DNA of 64,000 nucleotides from Escherichia coli (GTDB lineage Bacteria; Pseudomonadota; Gammaproteobacteria; Enterobacterales; Enterobacteriaceae): NCBI RefSeq assembly GCF_030384885.1, contig NZ_CP128613.1; one strand, 5' to 3'. Shown piece by piece: positions 53,801 to 61,150 of this stretch (position 1 is its first letter; each line of letters starts with the position of its first letter). The notes under the pieces were generated by a model. It saw only the letters and a program-made list of their open reading frames with translations, ran no database searches and was not told where the DNA came from. The position numbers and the translations under genes were made by a program.

Positions 53801-56233
53801 CAAAAGCTGACGTTAGCCGAACATGGCGGAGCCTATGGCGCAACGGCCGATATGTCGGCAAAAATCGGTGGTGAAGGGGATCTGGCAATCAATACGGTGC
53901 GACAGGTTTCGCTTTCCAACGGTCAGAACGACTATCAGGGGGCAACCTATGTTCAGATGGGGACATTACGTACCGATGCGGATGGCGCGCTGGGCAATAC
54001 TCGGGAACTGAACATCAGCAACGCGGCCATCGTCGATCTTAATGGATCGGAGCAGACGGTAGAGACATTCACCGGGCTGATGGGTTCGACTATTTTGTTC
54101 AAAGAAGGTTCGCTGACGGTGAATAAAGGTGGGATCAGTCAGGGCGAACTGACAGGTGGCGGAAACCTGAATGTTTCAGGGGGAACACTGGCTATCGAGG
54201 GGCTTAATGCACGCTACAATGCGTTAACCAGCATTAGCCCAAATGCGGAAGTCAGCCTCGACAATACGCAGGGGTTAGGCAGAGGAAATATTGCCAATGA
54301 CGGTCTGTTAACGCTAAAAAACGTGACCGGCGAACTGCGCAATAGCATAAGCGGTAAAGGTATCGTGAGCGCAACCGCCAGCACAGACGTAGAGCTGGAT
54401 GGCGATAATAGCCGCTTTGTGGGGCAATTCAACATCGATGCAGGCAGCGCGCTCAGCGTCAACGAGCAGAAAAACCTGGGTGATGCTTCCGTTATCAATA
54501 ATGGCCTGCTCACCATCGCCACTGAGCGTAGCTGGGCGATGACGCACAGTATCACCGGTAGCGGCGATGTGACAAAACTGGGGACCGGGATCCTGACTCT
54601 TAACAACGATTCCGCGGCGTATCAGGGTACGACGGATATCGTGGGTGGTGAAATTGCTTTCGGTTCCGACTCTGCCATTAATATGGCAAGTCAGCACATT
54701 AATATCCATAACAGCGGTGTGATGTCGGGAAATGTCACCACTGCAGGTGATGTGAACGTTATGCCTGGGGGGACACTGCGTGTCGCCAAAACCACTATCG
54801 GCGGCAATCTGGAGAATGGTGGCACGGTTCAAATGAATAGCGAAGGGGGGAAACCGGGGAATGTACTGACCGTTAACGGCAACTATACCGGAAACAATGG
54901 CCTGATGACGTTCAACGCGACGCTGGGCGGCGATAATTCACCCACGGATAAAATGAACGTGAAAGGCGATACCCAAGGGAACACTCGCGTTCGGGTTGAT
55001 AACATTGGCGGCGTCGGTGCACAAACGGTCAACGGTATTGAACTCATTGAGGTTGGCGGTAATTCTGCAGGCAACTTCGCGCTGACCACCGGAACTGTCG
55101 AAGCTGGGGCTTACGTCTACACACTGGCTAAAGGGAAGGGGAATGACGAGAAAAACTGGTATCTAACCAGTAAATGGGAAGGCGTAACGCCACCGGATAC
55201 ACCCGATCCCATCAATAATCCTCCTGCTGTGGATCCGGAAGGCCCATCAGTTTATCGCCCGGAGGCCGGAAGCTATATCAGCAACATTGCCGCAGCCAAC
55301 TCGCTGTTTAGCCATCGTTTACACGACCGTCTGGGTGAGCCGCAGTATACAGATTCACTGCATTCTCAGGGTTCGGCAAGCAGTATGTGGATGCGTCATG
55401 TCGGAGGGCACGAACGTTCAAGGGCCGGTGACGGTCAGCTAAATACACAGGCTAACCGCTATGTATTGCAGCTAGGCGGCGATTTGGCGCAGTGGAGTAG
55501 CAACGCGCAGGATCGCTGGCATCTCGGCATCATGGCAGGCTATGCCAATCAGCACAGTAATACTCAGAGTAATCGTGTGGGTTATAAATCGGATGGGCGC
55601 ATCAGCGGTTACAGCGCTGGGATGTACGCGACCTGGTATCAGAACGATGCGAATAAGACCGGCGCTTATGTTGACAGCTGGGCGCTGTATAACTGGTTTG
55701 ATAACAGCGTCAGTTCCGATAACCGTTCTGCTGACGACTATGATTCTCGCGGTGTGACGGCCTCTGTTGAGGGTGGATATACCTTTGAAGCGGGAACATT
55801 TAGCGGCAGCGAAGGGACGCTGAATACCTGGTACGTCCAGCCACAGGTGCAAATCACCTGGATGGGTGTGAAAGATTCTGACCATACCCGGAAAGACGGA
55901 ACACGCATTGAAACGGAAGGTGACGGAAACGTGCAAACTCGACTTGGGGTGAAAACCTACTTGAACAGTCATCACCAGCGCGACAATGGTAAACAGCGTG
56001 AGTTCCAGCCTTACATTGAAGCGAACTGGATCAACAACAGCAAAGTCTACGCCGTGAAGATGAATGGTCAAACCGTAAGCCGTGATGGTGCGCGTAATCT
56101 CGGTGAAGTACGTACCGGGGTTGAGGCGAAAGTAAATAACAACCTTAGCCTGTGGGGGAATGTTGGTGTGCAACTAGGTGATAAAGGCTATAGCGATACT
56201 CAGGGCATGCTGGGTGTGAAATATAGCTGGTAA
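50813..56233 (+). CDS. yneO: Type Va (AIDA-I-like) autotransporter adhesin, intact 1806 aa; locus of the K-12 yneO/ydeK pseudogene
   Basis: Extended signal peptide MNRIYRVIWNCTLQ...; long passenger with reiterated G-x-G-TLN-I/V beta-helix repeats; C-terminal beta-barrel ending ...GMLGVKYSW. Confidence 0.85.
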   Translation: MNRIYRVIWNCTLQVFQACSELTRRVGKTSTVNLRKSSGLTTKFSRLTLGVLLALSGSASGASLEVDNGQITNINTDVAYDAYLVGWYGTGVLNILAGGNASLTTITTSVIGGNEDSEGTVNVLGGTWRLYDSGNNARPLNVGQSGTGTLNIKQKGHVDGGYLRIGSSTGGVGTVNVEGEDSVLTTELFEIGSYGTGSLNITDKGYVTSSIVAIVGYQANSNGKLVVEKGGEWLIKNNDSSIEFQIGNQGTGEATIRDGGLITAENTIIGGNLTGIGTLNVQDQDSVITVRRLYNGYFGNGTVNISNNGLINNKEYSLVGVQDGSHGVVNVTDKGHWNFLGTGEAFRYIYIGDAGDGELNVSSEGKVDSGIITAGMKETGTGNITVKDKNSVITNLGTNLGYDGHGEMNISNEGLVVSNGGSSLGYGETGVGKVSITTGGMWEVNKNVYTTIGVAGVGNLNISDGGKFVSQNITFLGDKASGIGTLNLMDATSSFDTVGINVGNFGSGIVNVSNGATLNSTGYGFIGGNASGKGIVNISTDSLWNLKTSSTNAQLLQVGVLGTGELNITTGGIVKARDTQIALNDKSKGDVRVDGQNSLLETFNMNVGTTGTGTLTLTNNGTLNVEGGEVYLGVFEPAVGTLNIGAAHGEVAADAGFITNATKVEFGLGEGVFVFNHTNNSDAGYQVDMLITGDDKDGKVMHDAGHTVFNAGNTYSGKTLVNDGLLTIASHTADGVTGMGSSEVTIASPGTLDILASTNSAGDYTLTNALKGDGLMRVQLSSSDKMFGFTHATGTEFAGVAQLKDSTFTLERDNTAALTHAMLQSDSENTTSVEVGEQSIGGLAMNGGTLTFDTDIPAATLAEGYISVDTLVVGAGDYTWKGRNYQVNGTGDVLIDVPKPWNDPMANNPLTTLNLLEHDDSHVGVQLVKAQTVIGSGGSLTLRDLQGDEVEADKTLHIAQNGTVVAEGDYGFRLTTAPGDGLYVNYGLKALNIHGGQKLTLAEHGGAYGATADMSAKIGGEGDLAINTVRQVSLSNGQNDYQGATYVQMGTLRTDADGALGNTRELNISNAAIVDLNGSEQTVETFTGLMGSTILFKEGSLTVNKGGISQGELTGGGNLNVSGGTLAIEGLNARYNALTSISPNAEVSLDNTQGLGRGNIANDGLLTLKNVTGELRNSISGKGIVSATASTDVELDGDNSRFVGQFNIDAGSALSVNEQKNLGDASVINNGLLTIATERSWAMTHSITGSGDVTKLGTGILTLNNDSAAYQGTTDIVGGEIAFGSDSAINMASQHINIHNSGVMSGNVTTAGDVNVMPGGTLRVAKTTIGGNLENGGTVQMNSEGGKPGNVLTVNGNYTGNNGLMTFNATLGGDNSPTDKMNVKGDTQGNTRVRVDNIGGVGAQTVNGIELIEVGGNSAGNFALTTGTVEAGAYVYTLAKGKGNDEKNWYLTSKWEGVTPPDTPDPINNPPAVDPEGPSVYRPEAGSYISNIAAANSLFSHRLHDRLGEPQYTDSLHSQGSASSMWMRHVGGHERSRAGDGQLNTQANRYVLQLGGDLAQWSSNAQDRWHLGIMAGYANQHSNTQSNRVGYKSDGRISGYSAGMYATWYQNDANKTGAYVDSWALYNWFDNSVSSDNRSADDYDSRGVTASVEGGYTFEAGTFSGSEGTLNTWYVQPQVQITWMGVKDSDHTRKDGTRIETEGDGNVQTRLGVKTYLNSHHQRDNGKQREFQPYIEANWINNSKVYAVKMNGQTVSRDGARNLGEVRTGVEAKVNNNLSLWGNVGVQLGDKGYSDTQGMLGVKYSW

Positions 56234-56312
56234 ACCGTATAAGCCGCATGTCGAAGATGGCATGCGGCTGCTTAATATTGCCGACTTCAAACGACTTTTA
56301 AATCCTCCTTTT

Positions 56313-56426
56313 TATCCGCGATCGCGGATAACACAGTGTTTATCCCGTAGAGCGGATAAGATGTGTTTCCTGATTGACTTTATCCCCACTAAAGGATAAA
56401 ACTGATAATATCCCCTTGAGCGGATA
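56313..56426. promoter_or_regulatory. hipBA promoter with four HipB operators TATCC-N8-GGATA (56313-56330, 56341-56358, 56381-56398, 56409-56426)
   Basis: Four copies of the inverted repeat read directly from the sequence; matches the classical hipBA operator arrangement. Confidence 0.85.
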
Positions 56427-56447
56427 AATATGCTGTGGACGTATGAC

Positions 56448-56714
56448 ATGATGAGCTTTCAGAAGATCTATAGCCCAACGCAATTAGCGAATGCAATGAA
56501 ACTGGTTCGTCAGCAAAATGGCTGGACGCAGAGCGAGCTGGCGAAAAAAATCGGTATTAAGCAGGCGACAATTTCCAATTTCGAAAACAATCCTGACAAT
56601 ACCACGCTCACGACATTTTTTAAGATTTTACAGTCGCTTGAACTCTCAATGACGCTATGCGACACGAAAAATGCCTCGCCAGAATCAACAGAACAGCAAG
56701 ATCTGGAGTGGTAA
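56448..56714 (+). CDS. hipB: Antitoxin/transcriptional repressor HipB (Xre-type HTH), 88 aa
   Basis: MMSFQKIYSPTQLANAMKLVRQQNGWTQSELAKKIGIKQATISNFENNPDN... Confidence 0.9.
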   Translation: MMSFQKIYSPTQLANAMKLVRQQNGWTQSELAKKIGIKQATISNFENNPDNTTLTTFFKILQSLELSMTLCDTKNASPESTEQQDLEW

Positions 56715-58036
56715 TGCCTAAACTTGTCACTTGGATGAACAACCAGCGGGTAGGCGAGTTAACGAAGTTAGCCAATGGCGCGCACACCTTTAAGTATGCA
56801 CCGGAGTGGTTAGCCAACCGTTATGCCAGACCGTTATCACTTTCGCTGCCATTGCAGAGGGGGAATATCACCTCTGATGCCGTATTTAACTTCTTCGATA
56901 ACCTGTTACCCGATAGCCCGATTGTACGTGACCGGATCGTTAAACGTTATCATGCTAAATCCAAGCAACCGTTTGATTTATTGTCAGAAATAGGGCGAGA
57001 TAGCGTTGGTGCCGTAACGTTATTACCCGAAAATGAAACCATAACGCGCCCGATAATGGCATGGGAACAGCTCACTGAAGCCAGGCTTGAAGAAGTATTA
57101 ACGGCTTATAAAGCAGATATCCCTCTAGGCATGATTAGAGAAGAAAATGACTTTCGCATCTCGGTTGCTGGCGCGCAGGAGAAGACAGCGCTGCTCAGAA
57201 TAGGCAATGACTGGTGCATTCCGAAAGGAATAACGCCGACGACGCACATCATTAAATTACCGATTGGCGAAATCAGGCAGCCCAATGCGACGCTCGATCT
57301 CAGCCAAAGCGTTGATAATGAGTATTACTGTCTGCTGCTGGCGAAAGAACTTGGGTTGAATGTGCCGGACGCAGAAATCATTAAAGCGGGAAATGTGCGC
57401 GCGTTAGCGGTCGAACGTTTTGACAGGCGTTGGAATGCTGAGCGAACGGTTTTACTTCGCTTGCCACAGGAGGATATGTGTCAGACATTCGGTTTACCTT
57501 CATCGGTGAAATATGAATCAGATGGAGGCCCAGGCATCGCGCGGATCATGGCTTTTTTGATGGGGTCCAGCGAGGCGCTGAAAGATCGCTATGATTTTAT
57601 GAAGTTTCAGGTGTTCCAGTGGTTGATTGGCGCAACGGATGGCCATGCAAAAAACTTCTCCGTATTTATTCAGGCTGGCGGCAGTTATCGACTCACGCCA
57701 TTTTACGACATCATTTCAGCATTTCCGGTATTGGGTGGCGCAGGAATACACATCAGCGATCTCAAACTGGCAATGGGGCTTAACGCATCCAAAGGCAAAA
57801 AAACGGCAATCGATAAAATTTATCCGCGACATTTTCTGGCGACAGCAAAGGTGCTGAAATTTCCGGAAGTGCAGATGCATGAAATCCTGAGTGACTTTGC
57901 CAGAATGATTCCGGCAGCACTGGATAACGTGAAGACTTCATTACCGACAGATTTTCCGGAGAACGTGGTGACGGCAGTTGAAACCAATGTGTTGAGGTTG
58001 CACCGTCGGTTAAGCCGAGAATACGGTATTAAGTAA
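56714..58036 (+). CDS. hipA: Toxin HipA (Ser/Thr kinase), 440 aa; ATG overlaps the hipB stop (TAATG)
   Basis: MPKLVTWMNNQRVGELTKLANGAHTFKYAPEWL...; position 22 is Gly (not the hipA7 G22S allele). Confidence 0.93.
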   Translation: MPKLVTWMNNQRVGELTKLANGAHTFKYAPEWLANRYARPLSLSLPLQRGNITSDAVFNFFDNLLPDSPIVRDRIVKRYHAKSKQPFDLLSEIGRDSVGAVTLLPENETITRPIMAWEQLTEARLEEVLTAYKADIPLGMIREENDFRISVAGAQEKTALLRIGNDWCIPKGITPTTHIIKLPIGEIRQPNATLDLSQSVDNEYYCLLLAKELGLNVPDAEIIKAGNVRALAVERFDRRWNAERTVLLRLPQEDMCQTFGLPSSVKYESDGGPGIARIMAFLMGSSEALKDRYDFMKFQVFQWLIGATDGHAKNFSVFIQAGGSYRLTPFYDIISAFPVLGGAGIHISDLKLAMGLNASKGKKTAIDKIYPRHFLATAKVLKFPEVQMHEILSDFARMIPAALDNVKTSLPTDFPENVVTAVETNVLRLHRRLSREYGIK

Positions 58037-58112
58037 GATATGGGGTTTGGACGTTGTTAATGAGCAGGACAATCATGACCGCCAACGACTGGATTCTGCC
58101 TTGGTTTATGTT

Positions 58113-58144
58113 GGTGCGCATAATGTCAACGCGTTATGTTGAAA
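58113..58144. other. Hybrid dif-like Xer site: consensus XerC arm GGTGCGCATAA + extended centre TGTCAACGCG + degenerate XerD arm TTATGTTGAAA; left prophage junction
   Basis: 11/11 match to the E. coli dif XerC arm 77 bp after hipA (where dif lies in E. coli), then divergence from dif (TGTATA-TTATGTTAAAT). Confidence 0.6.
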
Positions 58145-58146
58145 AG

Positions 58147-58182
58147 GCCGCTGCGAAAATCGAATCCCGCAGCGGCCTCTTT
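58147..58182. terminator. Strong hairpin (GGCCGCTGCG-loop-CGCAGCGGCC) flanked by T-runs on both strands; probable terminator of the minus-strand cargo operon
   Basis: 10-bp perfect GC-rich stem; downstream of the 309-aa gene on the minus strand. Confidence 0.5.
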
Positions 58183-58210
58183 AGCATAACGTCATTGTGC
58201 GAACCAATAG

Positions 58211-59140
58211 CTACTTTTTCGTATAACTCTCTTCGCATTTAGCCAAAAACAGCAGATTAGTAGCGGTTAAATGAAGGGTATAACTCGCTAAATACTCAGG
58301 AACTTTTGTTATTTCTGCCCCTTGTCCATGTCCACCTTCTTTATTTCGAATGGTTGGAATACCACTCTCAAGTAGAATTCTTATTGAAGAAAATTGATTC
58401 TGGAGGTATTCAGGTACTAAATTATTTGCCAAACAACTGTTAATTAGTTTTTTAGCTGTGTCAGTATCATTAAATTGCCAAGAATGTTTTTTATGTATGG
58501 CTTTCATTAGACTTTCAAAAGATTTGAGGCAATCATTTAAACATTCTTTATATCGCTGATGTCTATAATGCTCATGGGCGGATAAAAACTCATCGTTTGC
58601 TCCGTTATAACTCTTGTTCTTACCAAGAATCTGAAGCGTAGGCTTTACAACATCAGAATGAATGAATTGTGAGTCAACTTTAACCAACTCTCCTGACTCA
58701 AATTGATATCCAAGACCTGCTTCTTTAAACCTGATATTAAGTTCTTCAATAGCATCATCAGGACTTTGCTTTACTAACCCTCTGAATTTCCACTCATTTG
58801 ATCTTATATACCCGTCTATCAGTTTGAAACATATCTCAATGATATCCAAGCATTTTTCATGATCTCTCTCAGCTAGGAAATAGTCAAAAATTGCCCCGAA
58901 ATTCGATTCAGGATACTGTTTGAGAGAGAATACACCATATTCCTTACACAGCGTTTTATGAACGAGTCTGTAAAGCTTACTTGCTTCCGTTTCATAGTCA
59001 CTATCTTCACCGATAGTATCTCTTACAATATGAACAACCTGAACACGAAATGCATTTGGTATATTCGTGTATTGGTAAACATCAGCTACTTCACCTCTTA
59101 ATTTTTTTTGTCTTTTTGAAAATAATTCGAATATAGCCAA
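58211..59140 (-). CDS. Prophage cargo protein, 309 aa: N-terminal Abi-associated-like domain + C-terminal HEPN-like domain (Rx5H motif RNKEGGH); TTG start
   Basis: Long ORF with AGGA RBS 7 nt before TTG; C-terminal helical region carrying IRNKEGGHGQ matches the HEPN Rx4-6H signature; not a known filamentous-phage core gene. Confidence 0.55.
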   Translation of the reverse strand: MAIFELFSKRQKKLRGEVADVYQYTNIPNAFRVQVVHIVRDTIGEDSDYETEASKLYRLVHKTLCKEYGVFSLKQYPESNFGAIFDYFLAERDHEKCLDIIEICFKLIDGYIRSNEWKFRGLVKQSPDDAIEELNIRFKEAGLGYQFESGELVKVDSQFIHSDVVKPTLQILGKNKSYNGANDEFLSAHEHYRHQRYKECLNDCLKSFESLMKAIHKKHSWQFNDTDTAKKLINSCLANNLVPEYLQNQFSSIRILLESGIPTIRNKEGGHGQGAEITKVPEYLASYTLHLTATNLLFLAKCEESYTKK

Positions 59141-59223
59141 TTTATAATCCTCAAAGATATGCCATTAATATGTCTGAGTTGATGAAAATCACACCGCTTT
59201 TACAGTCGTTTTCCACGGTGGAG

Positions 59224-59646
59224 TTACCAGTAATATGAGTTTCTTCTGTGCCACCAATAAAGAAGTCCGTATCCAATGATAAGAATTCCGAAAAACATCA
59301 ACGACATTCCCCAGCCAGTTCCGTACCACGAAACCATATCATCGAAAACTAACCCACCCATTTCACGAACTCCGGCTGCTTCCTTAAGAATTGGTTTGAA
59401 TACCGGAATCAGAAGGGCGATCGCAAGTGGAGCACCCCAGCGAACAAGACCAGTTTCCATTTTGATCCCGAAAAAGATCCCCGCACCGACAACAAGCAAC
59501 CAGACTATCAGGCCAGGCGCAGTTTCTAGTGCTGTTTGCCATTCAACATCGAAAGTTTTCATTAGCCAGGCAACAACTGCCAGACAGAAAGCAAATACGC
59601 CTACAACAACCAGTTCAACGCCGCTTGTTTCGTTATTTCTACTCAT
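59224..59646 (-). CDS. Prophage cargo small inner-membrane protein (about 140 aa, 4 predicted TM helices)
   Basis: Start chosen at internal ATG (MSRNNETSG...) with AAAGGATCAAAAGG RBS; the longer 189-aa reading would overlap the upstream gene; four hydrophobic segments. Confidence 0.5.
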   Translation of the reverse strand: MSRNNETSGVELVVVGVFAFCLAVVAWLMKTFDVEWQTALETAPGLIVWLLVVGAGIFFGIKMETGLVRWGAPLAIALLIPVFKPILKEAAGVREMGGLVFDDMVSWYGTGWGMSLMFFGILIIGYGLLYWWHRRNSYYW

Positions 59647-59734
59647 CCTTTTGATCCTTTGTTGCTGTTCAAAATCCGCACAATAAAGAACGTGCAGTGT
59701 AGGTAATACTGCACGTTTGTACCATTCGTGGTAC

Positions 59735-59917
59735 TTAATCCTTTTGTTTGGCAGACATGAGATCTTCTGCTGCATCTTTAGAGTAGTTATCAATCAGATA
59801 ACCTAAAATCTCTGTCCATGTAATTGTTTTTCCTAGTTTTACACTGGCATTTATAGCCAGTCGTTCTAGTTTCATTTTTCTTTCTTCCGTCACGTTATAA
59901 GTCGTGCGCTTTGCCAT
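59735..59917 (-). CDS. Small ribbon-helix-helix-like DNA-binding protein (60 aa); candidate prophage repressor or antitoxin, divergent from gII
   Basis: MAKRTTYNVTEERKMKLERLAINASVKLGKTITWTEILGYLIDNY... has the beta-strand/helix/helix pattern of RHH regulators; sits where integrative inoviruses carry their repressor. Confidence 0.5.
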   Translation of the reverse strand: MAKRTTYNVTEERKMKLERLAINASVKLGKTITWTEILGYLIDNYSKDAAEDLMSAKQKD

Positions 59918-60044
59918 TTTTTACGCTCGTTCAATGCAATATTTGAAGTGAGTATACATGCTCATGAACTCATATCATCCAAGCCTCTTGAACTCACTAG
60001 CTCACTGGTGTAATGTTTAAACACTAATGAACTACTGAACTCAT
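59918..60044. promoter_or_regulatory. Prophage divergent control region / candidate replication origin with TGAACTCA iterons (59965, 59989, 60028, 60036) and short palindromes
   Basis: Repeated TGAACT(C/A) octamers and CTCACT repeats between the RHH gene and gII. Confidence 0.4.
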
Positions 60045-61139
60045 GTGTTAGTAAGTCGTCATTTTTGTAATTTTGAGGATTTATTCGTGATCGATTGGCT
60101 TACCGGGATTTTCCCTTGCACACACAAACCGCTTCCGGCGGGGAGTGTTGTCAGCGTTGATGCTGACGGTGCAATTGAGTGGGAAACCGTTAAGCGACTG
60201 ACTGTTCGCGGTTCGCATGAAGCAACGATGAAAGTACGATCGATAGGATCTAATGGCGAAGGTAAAGCGACACATTTGTACATTGATGGTAATCCTTCCA
60301 AGTTTCTGCAGGGGCATTCTGTTGTTGGGTCGGATGATATACAAGGGCTCATGTTGACGGTCTATGCCAGGATTTTATCCTTATTGAATATTCCTCATGA
60401 TTTAGCGGCTTATAAAGCCGTTATGGCAGGTCAGTATAAAATTTCACGTATTGACATTAATTACATGTATTCATTATCTACGCTGGAAAATGTCAGATCA
60501 TGGCTTTATGCCGCCGAATTTAAAGCTAAAACACGCCATGGTCGCGCATGTGGGAAAGGCGGTACAGTTTATTTAGGTAAAAACTCCCGTCGATGGAGTC
60601 TGAAATTTTATTCAAAATATGATGAACACGTTTCTGGTAAAAAAGGGCACCAGATAGCCGAAGAGTTTGTACGAGCCGGGTTACTGGACTGGACGAAAGA
60701 TAAATTACGTATTGAATTAACATTAAGAACAACTGAGCTTATTGATTTAAATTTAACGCTTGGCGCTAACTGGAATATGAAAACACCACGTCAATTATTC
60801 TCTGAATATGTAGGGAGAATAGAAATGAATCAGAATGCTATTTTAAGTGATGAAAAAATAACGAAACTGCCAAGAAAAATACAGTCAACTTATTTACTTT
60901 GGAAACAAGGGGCTAACATGAAAGAAATGTTACCTCATAACACTTTTTATCGCCATAGAAGAGAATTGCTTTCGTTCGGTATCGATATTAATTTCTATTG
61001 TGATTCACCAGACTCTAATAACGTTGTTCCGCTAATAAGAACGCTGGAAGCCAAGCCAGCGGAAATCCCCTTATGGATTTATGAGAAAGGTTTTATTTTC
61101 GATTACAACCGTATTTCGCACGCCAGTAGCTGGCATTAA
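60045..61139 (+). CDS. Filamentous-phage replication initiation protein (gpII-like rolling-circle endonuclease); start uncertain (GTG 60045 or GTG 60087)
   Basis: Recognisable similarity to Ff gpII blocks: KFLQGHSVVG vs KVLQGHNVFG, ISRIDINY vs ISRIDATF, NNVVPLIR vs NNVVPLVR. Confidence 0.85.
   Translation: MLVSRHFCNFEDLFVIDWLTGIFPCTHKPLPAGSVVSVDADGAIEWETVKRLTVRGSHEATMKVRSIGSNGEGKATHLYIDGNPSKFLQGHSVVGSDDIQGLMLTVYARILSLLNIPHDLAAYKAVMAGQYKISRIDINYMYSLSTLENVRSWLYAAEFKAKTRHGRACGKGGTVYLGKNSRRWSLKFYSKYDEHVSGKKGHQIAEEFVRAGLLDWTKDKLRIELTLRTTELIDLNLTLGANWNMKTPRQLFSEYVGRIEMNQNAILSDEKITKLPRKIQSTYLLWKQGANMKEMLPHNTFYRHRRELLSFGIDINFYCDSPDSNNVVPLIRTLEAKPAEIPLWIYEKGFIFDYNRISHASSWH
60825..61139 (+). CDS. Candidate gpX-like protein from in-frame internal start within gII (104 aa)
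   Basis: Internal ATG preceded by GGGAGA RBS at the position where Ff phages initiate gene X. Confidence 0.45.
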   Translation: MNQNAILSDEKITKLPRKIQSTYLLWKQGANMKEMLPHNTFYRHRRELLSFGIDINFYCDSPDSNNVVPLIRTLEAKPAEIPLWIYEKGFIFDYNRISHASSWH

Positions 61140-61150
61140 AGGAAAGTAAT

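Noticed and set aside
58054-58242. 62-aa ORF spanning the hipA downstream region and the dif-like site
   Set aside because: Crosses the chromosome/prophage junction and a terminator hairpin, and has no RBS or homology; most likely spurious.
59224-59793. 189-aa reading of the prophage membrane-protein ORF
   Set aside because: Its 5' 49 codons overlap the RHH gene and lack an RBS; the internal ATG at 59646 with a good RBS gives a compact 140-aa membrane protein.
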